From the NCBI GenBank assembly GCA_047495785.1, contig JBLDXI010000021.1:2170001-2234000 (forward strand): a stretch of DNA of 64,000 bases. Direction: 5' to 3'. A model generated the notes under the pieces. The model worked only from the letters and a program-made list of their open reading frames with translations. It did not search any database and had not been told where the DNA came from. Both the position numbers and the translations under genes were made by a program. This document shows, piece after piece, positions 50,181 through 62,961 of this stretch (its first letter is position 1; the number at the start of each line of letters is the position of its first letter). The DNA is from Lepidodermella squamata. Taxonomy: Eukaryota > Animalia > Gastrotricha.

Positions 50181-53100
50181 ATGGCCAACCGCTCGGCCGA
50201 CGATGCCTTAGTGGCGGGGAGGCGCACTGCTTCAGGCCACCACCGCCAGCCGACGCCGCCTTTCCCCGTCGCCCCTCGTCACCTCTCCAACGCCGCCGAC
50301 GAGTCGCTGATGCCGATGCTTGTGCCGTCGCCGTCGTCCGGCTCGCCGAGCTCTCCAACTTCATCGCAACAACAGCAGAAGGCGCCGAGTCACCGCCACC
50401 AGTTATTGCAACCAGTTGCGGCTGACAGCGGTGGCGACGCCCGCCTGCATGCCTCAGCTCACCGGCACCAACTGTCGGGTGCCATCAAACGGCTCACAAA
50501 AGCAATAATCGTGCTAGCTCTATTTCTCGGTCTTTTCGTTGTTCTCGCCGTTGTTTTCATGATCTTGTTTTTACTCAACCAAAAGCTGCTGATGCGCGTC
50601 GAACCCGGTGGCGCGTCTGTGCTGGGACCTAACTCTAGGGGCGCCCTTGACAACAGAAGCAACAACACTATGGATGGCTGTCGCAATGTTGAATGCATCG
50701 TCAGTCTGAGCCAATTAATGCAATCGATCAACAAATCGATCGATCCGTGCGAGGATTTCTACGACTATGCGTGCAGCCATTTCGTTGAACAATCTCAACT
50801 CGACACATCGGAATCTAGTCGATCGGCTTGGGATTTGAACAGCCAGACCATTGATAAAACCCTCGAAGCAATACTCAATTCAGGTGAGAGTTGAAGCCAT
50901 TCGAAATCAATAAGTTAAAATCAATTTCTTTCATAATAGATCGAAATGCCAGTGAAATAACAAGTGCAACAGAGTTGAAAGCCTTTGACTTCTTCATGTC
51001 TTGTCTCGACACGGAGAAGATCAATACAAGAGGCCGGGAGGAAGCTGCTAATTTACTGCGAGGTATCGGCTCCGGTGACTTTTTCGTCTACGGAGTTCGC
51101 AACCGTGGCGTAATATCGGGCACGAAAGTGTTCAATCCGGCAGAGTGGAATCTTGAAGACAGCGTCGTGAAGCTTGTCACGCATGCCTCTTTCACGGTCG
51201 GCGTGTTAGGTCTTGTCATCCATCAAGATCAGCGAAATGTCTCGCGAAATATTGTCACAATTGATGCACCCAACTTGACCTTGGTAATTTTTGCGACATT
51301 AAGATTTCAGCCTTAAAATTTTTTAAATTCTATCAGGGTGGGCGGCAGTTGTATATCAATAATTCAACTAATTCGCATCTAATGACAGCTTATTTCAATT
51401 ACGTATACAAACTAGCCAATTACTTCGCTCCAGCTGAAAGGAAGCTCAAGGTGAACAACAGTTCGATTTGGGGAATCATCAACTTCGAGCGTAGAATAGC
51501 CGAGGTAAGATTTTCAAATGCTTAAAAAAATTATTCTCTATTATCTATCTGCTGTAGATTGTCCCACCAGCTGCAGTTTATGAACACGTGGCGGAAAACT
51601 ACCGCGTGTTATCAGTCAAAGAACTGCAACTAGAGTGTCCGATAATCGATTGGGAGCGAACCTTCGCGCGTATCATGGCCGATATCAAACACAAAGGTCC
51701 TAATGGCCAGGAACCGCAGTTGACAGAGATTGCTATATTCGGCGATTACTTGCCGAAACTAACGAAATTGATCGCAGCTCAGTTGGGTTCGCCGAATGGG
51801 GCGCTTCACATTCACAATTATATGGTATGAAAGCTGAATGCTGATTTTTTATCCACAGCTATTTAATTTGAACCTTAATAGAGCTTTGTGGGCCTTCATG
51901 CCCATGCGGACGACCTTGGCGAAATAATAAGCAGCCTCAATACGGAATTTGAAAACGTACTCAGTGGCGTGACATCGGCTGCTACTGTCCAGCAGCAAAC
52001 ATCTGAAGAAACGGATCTCGACAACAGCTCCGATACGATGATATCTGTTTCTTCGGATGAAGATCGCGAAGATGTTTGCAGAGTTAAAACCAAAAATATC
52101 TTCGGTCTGCCTTTATCGAAAAGCTACGTTAAGAAGCACTTCAACTCCGAAGCTAAGCTTGTTGCAACCAGACTCGTAGAGGACATCAAAGCTGGGTTTA
52201 TGGACGAGTTGGAAGATCCAGCGGTCGACTGGATGGACCAAGTAACGAAGCAACAGGCTCACAAGAAAGCTGATAAAATGTAAATTATCTTTAGAAATAT
52301 TTCTGCTCTGTAAAGTTCTGTTTATTCTTAAGGGTGCTAAACGTCGGCTATCCTGATGTGCTTGAGAAAGAATCTGAAATCGATGAAATGTTCGCAGATC
52401 TGATTATCAATGACGATTATGTCGAAAATGTGTTGAACAACTACAAATTTTCGCTTAAAAAGGCCTTCGAAGAGTTGAACAAATCGCCGGATCGTAGCAA
52501 ATGGGAGATGGATCCAATCGAATCGAATGCATACTACACCACCAGCGCAAATAAAATCGTAATTCCAGCCGCTATTCTCCAGAACCCGTTTTTCAATCCG
52601 AACTGGATCGATGCGATAAATTACGGCGCGATTGGCACTGTGATTGGCCATGAAATAACGCATGGCTTCGACGTCGCTGGCAGTCAGTTTGATGCGAGCG
52701 GGCAAATTGTTGATTGGTGGGACGCGACAACTCGCGAACAATTTACATCTCGCACAACATGCATCTCCGAGCAGTACAGTTCTTACGAGGTTATCAACGG
52801 GCTAAAAATCGACGGCGAAATGACGCTGTCGGAAAACATCGCAGACAACGGCGGGCTAACAGCTGCATACCGAGTAAGATTCGTTATTTTTTTTACAAAT
52901 TGTATCCAATTTACAACGTAATTTTTCAGGCCTTTCGTAAAAAAGTGGGCAGCAGAGCTGCGGAGAAACTGCTTTCGGGAATAGATTTAACTGCTGAACA
53001 AATTTTCTTTCTGTCTTTCGCTCAAGTATGACAGCTTTTCAAAAATGCAATTTCCAGCTTATTTCTTTGAAATTTTAGGTTTGGTGCCAGAATATTCGTC

Positions 53101-53255
53101 CGGAGCAATTGGCGAACGATGTTGAGACTGATACTCATAGTCCTAATCGTTACAGGGTTATTGGCGCTTTGTCGAACAACGTTGACTTCGCGCGTGCCTA
53201 TTCGTGTCCCGCCGGCTCCTTCATGAATCCTCCGAAAAAGTGCAAAGTTTGGTGA
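50181..53255 (+). CDS. M13 metallopeptidase (neprilysin/ECE-like) paralog 1
   Basis: Type II TM anchor, [54 protein letters not shown]. Confidence 0.95.
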
Positions 53256-53684
53256 ATAAAACATGTCAATAATTTACTTCAATCGAGCTGCTGCTGCTGC
53301 TATTATGCTGAACAATTATAACTCTTATTTGACGGTATTTCATATTATAGCGAACTGTGCAACTTTTCTATTGGCAGATAACATCAGGTATTACTTATAA
53401 TCGTGTAGATTATTGTTATAAATGATATAGCAGGCCTTTTTTCAGTAAAAGAAACATGATTTTTGGCTGGTATATTCAGTTCATTACCTATCAAAAGAGA
53501 ATGCGTAGGTATATCGATATAAAATACACGATGCTTTTTTAATCAAGCAGTGCCTATTTATAGACTGCTGAGCTTTCTGGAAACAGAATCGTCGGCTCAG
53601 TGTAAATAGTCTTGTTCGGGACCATTTTGCGTGATTTCTTTCTTTTATGCACGAGAAATCGCATTTCAACCGCATATTTCCCCT

Positions 53685-54044
53685 ATGGCGACTGTGCGTT
53701 TTGCAGAAAATCCTGAACCGATTGCCCTTCAAGACCCGGTTGACGAGGACAAAACCGACGATTTGCTTGAATTCGATGGCGATTCTTCGGTTGTCGATCT
53801 CATGGAACTGGGCCTGCAGGTGCCAGAAGAAGAGCCTAAACCGCACTGCGGCCAGTCGAAGCTATGCATATGCGTCACTAACATCGTTGCCGTCATTTTA
53901 ACCCTGCCCACTCTTTTCTTACTAGCGCTGATCGTTTGCATTGTTCTATTCCTGTTCAACATCACGCCGTGGCTGGGTTCATGGCTTTCGGCATTGGAGA
54001 ACGGCGGCTCGGCAACGAATCTTCATTTCAGCAGGCAACACTGA
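53685..54044 (+). CDS. Small orphan membrane protein (119 aa, intronless)
   Basis: Acidic N-terminus, Cys cluster (HCGQSKLCIC), ~30-aa hydrophobic stretch, AATAAA at ~54086. Confidence 0.6.
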   Translation: MATVRFAENPEPIALQDPVDEDKTDDLLEFDGDSSVVDLMELGLQVPEEEPKPHCGQSKLCICVTNIVAVILTLPTLFLLALIVCIVLFLFNITPWLGSWLSALENGGSATNLHFSRQH

Positions 54045-54248
54045 GTTTTAATGTATGATGAAGATCCGTTAGCAGCTATATGCATAATAAAAAGTCAATA
54101 CACTGTCTGACAGGGCGCTATGCTTTTTTTGATACTTCTGAAAGTTATTAATGATCTCAGGTGTGGTGTAATCATTAGATCTGCAACACGTAGTCTATAC
54201 TATAGCGATCACCGAGTACATCATCCGCTATTTTCTTGGCAACAGATC

Positions 54249-56922
54249 ATGGACTCGATGTGGCAAATGCGCCAGTTGGAAGATGAATCTCCGCCGTCTG
54301 TCGTTGTCAGCCGCCTTCGGGCCGTCATAATCACTCTGTCCCTTTTCATGGCATTTTTCCTAGCCCTAGCTGTTGTCTTCGTCGTTTTATTCCTACAGTT
54401 GCAAGTCGAAGCAGATGAAATTCGGAGACTAGAGATCGAAAACGAGAAGAAACTGCTAGAGGAGCAAGCTCAGGAACTCACTTCAACCATGGATCGATCG
54501 GCCGATCCGTGTGAAGACTTCTACGAATACGCCTGCGGTCGATTTGCCGAGGAAAATCCTTTGCTTGGTTCAGAGGTTGACATTTCAACGTTGAGGTTGA
54601 TGCAAAAACGAGTCGACAAAGCCCTCGATGCGATACTCATCTCGCTCGAGGCTATGGATTCCAGCAGCACCGCCTTCCAGAAGATGTTTCAGTTTCACGC
54701 CTCTTGTTTGGATGTCGAAACAATCAACGAGCGCGAAAGCGACGAGGCAGATAGTTTGATACTTAGCCTAGGTCCCGGGGCGTTGCTTGTCTATGATTCG
54801 ACGGAGGAACGCAGTTTTAACTACTCCAGTAGGAAAGATCTGGAAAGTAATTTGGCTAAAGTGTTGCTGCATGCCGGGGTTTCAGACGGTGAAATAAACG
54901 TCGGGATTTTTCGCATGTTAATTTCTCAAGACTTGAAAAATTCTTCGCGAAACATTCTGTTTATTGACACGCCCTTAAATTTCATTTTGGTGAGCATCAA
55001 GATTCCTTGAATGCTTTGAATAATAGAAATAAATCTTTCAGGGTCCAGGTAGTCGTGAACTTTACGAGAATCTGGCTTCGAATTCAACAATGATGTCTGC
55101 CTACTTTGACTATCTGTATGAAATCGCGCTTTTCTTCGCACCAATTGATGAGCAGGTGGATAGATCCGCTATTCAAGACATCATCGACTTCGAAACGAAG
55201 CTGGCTAAGGTTGGGGATGATAATTCATACCAGTAAAACGTATTAATTTATTTTACGCTTCAGTTGACTCCACCTCAATCAGAATACGACAAAGAGTTGG
55301 CAAATTATCGAATTTCAACTACTTCCGACCTGGAGCGGGAAAGCCCCTTTATCAACTGGGCGAAATTTATAAGGAAAGTTGCGCAAGAACTTGGGTTACC
55401 CGAGCCAGAACTCGAAGAGATTGCGTTATTCGGCAGCAGTCTAGCCAAATTATCCGAATTCATTGCTGACGAAATTCGATCGAACCCATCACGCCTCCAC
55501 AATTATTTGGTAGGTAGTCTTAGATTGTATCCTCTTTAAATTATAAGGATAATTGCATTTCCTATAGGTTTTCAGGACCATTCACAATGTTGCAGATGAC
55601 TTGGGTGAGACCATAGGCGGCATTCAGCGAAATTTCACCAGCCTCTTGACGGGAAGTTCGGCCCCTCGGGCTCGGCATCATGTATGTCGAGAGAAAACTA
55701 AAGCTGCGATGAGTTTACCGCTGTCGAAAATGTATGTCGACAAAAATTTCAGCCCCCGCGCGAAAGAAGCAGCGAGTCAATTGGTGAAAGACATTAAATC
55801 AGCTTTCATCCAAGAGTTGGAAAACGGCGTTGAGTGGTTAGATGAAACTACCAGGAATAATGCGATCAAGAAGGCTACCAATATGTGAGTCTGCCATTAC
55901 GAATTATTTCAATCGGAACTCTGAGATTTTACTAGGGCTTTAAACGTGGGCTACCCTGCCATTCTAGAAGATTCTCAAGCTTTGGATTCCATGTTTGCCG
56001 ACTTGGAACTGACTTGGAACAACTACTATTCGAACGCCATTGCCGTCAAGCGTTTCGCTACAAGGCAGCAATTTATGAAAATGAACACCTCACCGAGTCA
56101 AGTCGAATGGGAACTTGATTCATTCGTGATCAATGCGCGTTACATTTTCGAAGGCAACCGCATGATATATCCCGCAGCTATTCTTCAAAGCCCGGCCTTC
56201 AACCCACTTTGGATAGAACCGATCAACTACGGCAGTATTGGGCTCATCATGGGTCATGAACTAACACACGGGTTTGATGTTATCGGCAGTCAGTATGACG
56301 CTAATGGCGAGTTGGGACATTGGTGGGACAATGCGACGCGGGATCAATTCAGCGAGCGCGCTTCTTGTCTCGCGAAACAGTACAGCTCTTACGAAGTTGT
56401 TAACGGCTTGAACGTCGATGGGTTGCTCACTCTGTCGGAAAATATTGCCGACAATGCGGGTCTTAAATTAGCTTACAGAGTAATAGGAGTTGAATTGAAA
56501 TTTTGAGATCTATTTTTTTATCCGATTATAGGCTCTCAGGAGCAACGTTGGTGAGGGAAACCTTCAGAAAGCGGTGCTGCCTGGTTTGGACTTATCCAAT
56601 GAGCAGGTCTTCTTTCTGTCATTCGCACACGTGAGTTTTAAAAATTTGATCTTTTTATCATGACGTATCTGAATGTCTGCTTTTTTGCATTAGGTTTATT
56701 GCGAAAACATTCGTCCTGAACTTTTAACGACAAGCCTAATGATTGAACCACATTCTCCAGCCAAATTTCGGTGAGAGGGCGGTATTTTCTTTTTCATTGA
56801 GAATAAACATATATTTACACAGAGTAATTGGCTCATTATCGAATTCGGCTGATTTTGCTCGAGCATTTTCTTGCGCCGCGGGATCGCCGATGAATCCTAT
56901 TGATAAATGCGTTGTCTGGTGA
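54249..56922 (+). CDS. M13 metallopeptidase paralog 2
   Basis: TM anchor, [46 protein letters not shown]. Confidence 0.95.
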
Positions 56923-57728
56923 ATAAAATCGAAACTTTATTTGATATTCACGCTTTTAAATAAATTCTCTCAGTTTGAAAAATAAAAAATACATATTATT
57001 TTGACAAAGTCTTGTTCGACATGAGCTGAATACACTTCGACATATGAAATTGGTGGCTGAATCACCTTTGCCCGATATTCCCCAAAAGACGCGTCTAGCA
57101 ATGATACGCCTCAACTGTTCGTGTGCGTTTTTCGATACCAGAGTATCCGGTTTTATTCGAAAATTCGGCCTCGATTGCTTCTTAATGCGCAAGTTATAAC
57201 GGTAATGCAAACGTGAGGGAAACCCCAGCAAGCGTAAATTTCGGAAGTAGCATTTAGGATATGCTTTATTGTCTGTGATTTTCCAAACAACTCATCAGCT
57301 GCGAATGCTTCCATACGAATATATGCTATCCGTACGGTTATGAGCATTAGCATCTTATCACAGACACCGATCACGCTGCGCTTGAAGCCCATAAAACGCG
57401 CCGTTAATCCAAAAACCTGTTTTGTGTTACATGGGGCCATACCTGTCGATTTGTTTGCAATGCTGGCCGCAACACAATCGGCACGCGCTCGCGCACGTGA
57501 GTTCTGCTTTTCATAGCAAGCGATAGTTATTATTTACCGAATCCCCTCATTCATTCCCGCTCTACGTATAAAGCAGCACAATTTCCGATCTTTCGCTTCA
57601 TAATCCGATTAATTTATTTTGCCAAAACGGCTCAAAAACAAAATAATGTAATAATCTATCTATAAAAGATCCGCACGGGGTCTCTATCCGTTTAACTGAG
57701 CTAAAACGGTTCCTTTATCACTCGGTTT

Positions 57729-58708
57729 TTATACCGGTAAGAAGACTTTGCCATTATCGAACCTCAGCTTGATCACCGGCGGCCGTGCCGATTTATCGCC
57801 TTTCGATCGGATCGAATAGTACCGGTTTTCACCCTGGCTATAAGCGATATGAAGCTGAGGGACGTGTTGGCTCTCATTGCCAATCTTGAATCGAAAATTA
57901 TGCCCGTTGATAACAACATTGTCACGAATGTTTACCTTGACAACTGTTTCAGGCTGATGGATGAATATTGCGACTTTTTCGATTTGCGCGAAGGCGTCGA
58001 CTTTCGGCTCGCTTTCTTCCCACGACGTCGAGTACTCGAAAACCGAGCCTGATGTCGCCAATTAGTCACAGTTTAGTTAGTCATAAATATTAGTTATTTT
58101 TACGACAAACCAAGAATGCCAATTGAAAACGGCTGGGCGCTTTCAGCGTTGCTTCGAGACGTTATCAAGTGGCGGGTCACTTTTGATTTCGCCAATTCAG
58201 CGAGCCCCGCCAACGGCGAGCCGTGCAGCTGGTCTATCAGTGCCAAGAATAGCCCATCGTCGTTGCCCGTCGCGACGCTGCGAGCCTCAAGTCCCAACTC
58301 GCTCAACCGCGCATGCAGCCGAGCTGTGTCCGAGTCGCGATCTTGCCGGACTCGCTTCGGCGGGCTCGACGGCAGCAACACATCTGCGGGCAGCTCTAGA
58401 AAACGCTTCTTCTTCGTCGGTGTCGGTTCGAAGACCTCGTCGTCGTCTTCGGTTGCCTCGGCGAGGTGATTTTGAAGCCGAAACTGCGCCAGCGCTTCAC
58501 TGATTGAACCCGTCACGCTCGGCTGAACTTCGCTGCTCACACTCGAGTCGCGTTCGCTCAGCGAAATATTCATAGACCTCATAGTTGCTCGCCGGAGCAG
58601 TAAGCTGCTGCCTCGGGACGAGTTATTTGGACATCGGACTTCGAGAAATGACGACCATGAGCGCTTCACAGTTGACGTCAAGTCAATGGAAATACCTGGC
58701 GCCAGCAT
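57729..58708 (-). CDS. OTUD3-like OTU-domain protein lacking its catalytic residues (exons 58708-58111, 58048-57729)
   Basis: RLSELGLEARSVATGNDDGLFLALIDQLHG, DAFAQIEKVAIFIHQ and QLHIAYSQGENRYYSIR align with the OTUD3 motifs DGNCLFRALGDQL.G, VAFAR....VVIHQ and QLHIAYRYGEHYDSVR; a phase-1 intron (58049-58110) joins the exons in frame. Confidence 0.7.
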
Positions 58709-59891
58709 TTCTTTGATTTATAAGGTCTAAAAGCGTAAGATATAACTTCTATAGGTCGAAGATAATTCTCTCCTTGTTTAAACTCATTTCCATTGGGTTA
58801 ATTAAAATTTGATATTATAATCTTGAAGGAAAAATTCTAACGAGATAAAAACTAGCCGACAGGCAGTTTCAGCCCATCATTAGTTTAAAGTTTGAAGCTA
58901 CCACTCTTCGTCATAGGCGTAGTATCTCGTCAGCCTATTGTTAGATGAAGTTTTAGATTTTAACACGTCGTAGTGCTCGCGTAAGCGAAGGCATTTGTAA
59001 GGCTTTAATCCACACTGCTTAACAACAAATAGTAATGAAATATTATACATGCTTATCTACGTAGAAGCAGCGGTTTGTAAAATAACAACAGCGATAATAT
59101 AGTTACAGCGGATCAATGTTGTTTTATGAGGCGCGTTCACCTCGAGCGCGGCATTGCCAGCGCGTGAATTCACTGTTGATGGATGGCCAAAGTGTGATGG
59201 ACAGCTAAAAAACACAAACTACATGCGCTGCACAACCATACAATAATGCCCCCTTTTCAGATACATTCGTCACTTCAACACCTCAATACCTGGTGCCTAT
59301 AGACACAGTGAAGTTTTCTTCAAATTCATACTCATATATATGTATGAAACAGTATGAAAATACTGAGCACTACGTTAGGTTACCCCTTGAACTTTTAAAT
59401 GGCTTCAAACCACAATGAGTGAGATTTGAACGTAAAAAATTGACCCTTAATTTGGATGCTTTTCGCACACCCATTATCACTTTTTCTACCTCTATTCTCC
59501 AGTTTTTGTCTTGAGAACCTGAAGAAAGTTTCGTTTGTCAGAAGTGCGTATTGCGAATATAATACGATGCAATTTACAGGCGCGAAATTATTGCAGTATT
59601 GGTCATCGAGCGTCTATTTCCGTTCGATACTATAGCCGTGCGAAAGGGAGTATCCGAGCGAGAAATAACGAGCGGAAGCGCTATTTTTATATAGCGTGCC
59701 GCCGGTTAAAAACAACAATTTTATTTCTTTTTTTGTAGGTTTTTACCCTTTTTATAGGTAGAAAGTTGCTATGATTTATTAGCTTATATTATATTCTAGT
59801 TATTTTCTAGATGTTTACTTGTCGTGAGAATTTCACTAAAAAGATGGTCATTTTTTGTTCGGTTAATTAAACTGCGATGATCCGGTGAAAA

Positions 59892-62835
59892 ATGGCCTCT
59901 GAAGCGTTGCCGAGTGACTCGCTGCTGCCCACGCCGCCCGGGGTGACGCGCATCGGGTCGTTGCCGATTCGCAAGCCCAACTACAGCCGGCGAACGTTGT
60001 CGGCCGGTGGGCGGCTGGTCGGCGGCGCTTCGCCCGTCGACAGCGTTTTCATCCCTGCGACGCCGTCTGGGGATAGCGAGGCCGATTTACTGCATCGGCG
60101 ACGCCTTTCAACATCAGTTAAGCACCTTACCAAAGCCGTCATCGCTCTTGCCGTGATTTTCGCCCTGCTCTTCGTCATCGCTATAGTTTTCTTCGTTATG
60201 TACGTCGCTACCAACTACACGAAGCGTGTTCATCGAATATCAGCTCCTTTAACCGGATCTTATCAAGTACCATCCGAATTTGAGCTCGAAGACTGCTGGT
60301 CGCCAAACTCAACGAACCGTAGCCGAGCTTGCCACTTGGTCGAAAACATGAAGCTCTATCTCAACGAAAGCGTCGATCCTTGTCACGATTTTTACGAATA
60401 TGCTTGCGGGAATTTTATCGAATTGACGAATTTGAATGAAACAGAGCCATCGAGATCAGTGCTGCAAATGACAAATTATAAGATCGACCAGCAGCTGCTA
60501 GGCATTTTACGAGATTCCAATAATCAGACCAATATTTTAGAAAGCGAAGCTGAAATAAAAGCGGCGCGATTCTTCAAATCCTGTCTCGATCTTAGTTTGT
60601 TGAACCAGCGAGGCGAGGAAGAGGCTGTCTCTTTGATCAGGGGCAGTGAAGAGCGTTTTGACTGGTACGTCATCGGCATTGAAAATCTCGGTGTTTTGAG
60701 CAACGAAGTGTTCCCGGACGACGCTTGGTCGCTCGAAGATGCACTTGTTCATTTGATCACGAAATCAACATTCAGCCATGGCTTGTTCAAGCTCTACGTT
60801 CGCCATGATCGATTGGATCCAACTAGAAATTTGCTAGCTATCGACTCGCCTGATTTGACTCTGGTAAATTCGATCTCTGTTATACTTGGAATTTTTTTAT
60901 TTAGTTTGTTATTTCAGGGTCCGCCTCAGCTTTACATGGAGGATTCAGCGAATGATCACCTGAGAGATTACTTTTATTTCTATTTAATCAAACTCGCGAA
61001 TCACTTTGCGTCGGAATCTCTCGAAAAAGATGTCAACTATGAAACACTTCGCGAAATTATCGACTTCGAGCAACAACTTGTTGATGTAAGCCATATTACA
61101 GTTATAATGGCTCCTATATGTCTTTTATTTTTAGGTCAAAATTTCCATTCATCCTGTTAACGAGCATTTAGTGGGAAAGTATCGAACTTTATCAATGAAA
61201 GAGCTTCAAGCTGAATGCCCCATCGTGAATTGGATGCAAATGTTTCAACGATTGATGGCGGAAGTGGGTTATGAATCATCCGAAGGCTATATCAATGAGG
61301 ATACAGTCATCATCAATCGAGATGGCGATTATCTACCGAAGTTGGCCCGATTCGTGAGATCTCAACTCACCTCGCCAGGTGGAGCTAGACGTGTGCACAA
61401 CTATTTGGTAAGTTGGGAATTTTTCTAGTCATGTCGGTAGTAAATTTCACATTCTAGACGTTTGTATCAATGCACGCCGCGGCAAAGCACTTGAGCGATC
61501 CTATTAGGAGGATTCGGTCCGATTTCGAGCTCGTGCTCAAAGGCCTTCGAGCCGACGTTGCCAAGTCGCCGCATTGGGACGTCAGGGAAGACGTTTGCCT
61601 CGATGTCACTAAAGAGTACTTTGGCATGGCGGTGTCAAAGCTTTACATCGACAAAGTTTTCGTCGAAAGCGTCGTAGCCCCTGCTGAAAAAATCGCAAAA
61701 GACATTAAAACGGCCTTTATCGATGAAATGCTGGACCCTGTCGTCGACTGGATGGACAAAGCAACTAAGTTACGAGCTACGGCAAAGGCCAGAGCTTTGT
61801 TCGTGATTTTTAAATTGATCAAAGAATGTTCCTAAATTTACCTTTTATTTACAGAATTGTCAGTTCCGGTTATCCGAATTTATTTAAAAATTCCGCGCAA
61901 CTGAATGCTTTATACCCGTTGGCGATTGGTGACGATTATGTTACAAATGCTCAACAAATTCATCGCTTAAGATTGAGGCAGCTAGTTTTCGAAGATCGGC
62001 AGCGGAAGCCGGAGCCTTTACGGTGGAAACTGCTGCCGATCAACACCGATGCAATGTACTCGCCGCTTGGGAATGTTATTTTCTTGCCTGCTGCGATATT
62101 GCAATCGCCCTATTTCAACGCGGCGGCGTTGGATGCTGCTAATTACGGAGCCTTAGGTGCAATAATAGGTCATGAAATGACGCATGGCTTTGATGTGAGC
62201 GGCAGCAACTTCGACGCGACTGGCCGGCTGGTTAACTGGTGGGACAACGCGACGCGAGACCAGTTTGACGACAAAGTTGAGTGCATGTCCGATCAGTATG
62301 GGCAGTACGAGGTTGTCGATGGGCTGAAAGTCGACGGCGAGCGAACAGCTTCGGAGAATATTGCGGATAACGGCGGTTTGGCTGCTGCCTATCGAGTAAG
62401 AAAACAATGATCAACGATGGCAACATTCTATAATTCTAAATTTTATTTAGGCATATCGCAAGAAATACGGCAACCTTCCTAGTCATGACCCATCGCCTGG
62501 TGTTGAGCTATACAGCGATAAAACTTTTTTCACGTCTTTCGCACAGGTATAAGGATTGACTTTGATGTAATCTCTCACAACGGTGTTAATTGCCTCTTCA
62601 ACAGATTTGGTGCCAAAAAGTGCGCCCGGAGCATTTAACTCTAAGCCTCGAGACCAACCTTCATACGCCGAATCGGTTTAGGTATAGGCGTTTGATTTTT
62701 AAAATGCTACCATTCTTCATCTTCAATGTTTTCAGGGTAAATGGAGCGTTATCCAATTCGTATGAGTTCGCGCGGGCGTTTGGTTGTCCTTCAGGTTCGC
62801 CTATGAATCCGAAGCATAAATGCAAAGTTTGGTAG
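59892..62835 (+). CDS. M13 metallopeptidase paralog 3
   Basis: TM anchor, [46 protein letters not shown]. Confidence 0.95.
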
Positions 62836-62961
62836 CAGCGACATCGATTTATATGCATATCTGTTTTCCAATCGGTCCAACTTGTTCAAATAGAGTTTTT
62901 GAAGAATTACGTTTTCTACTCAATTTTGTACAGACAATGAAAGGAAGAGCAACAATGTTTA

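Noticed and set aside
56956-57440. Two short minus-strand ORFs downstream of the OTU gene
   Set aside because: No motifs and no consistent exon chain.
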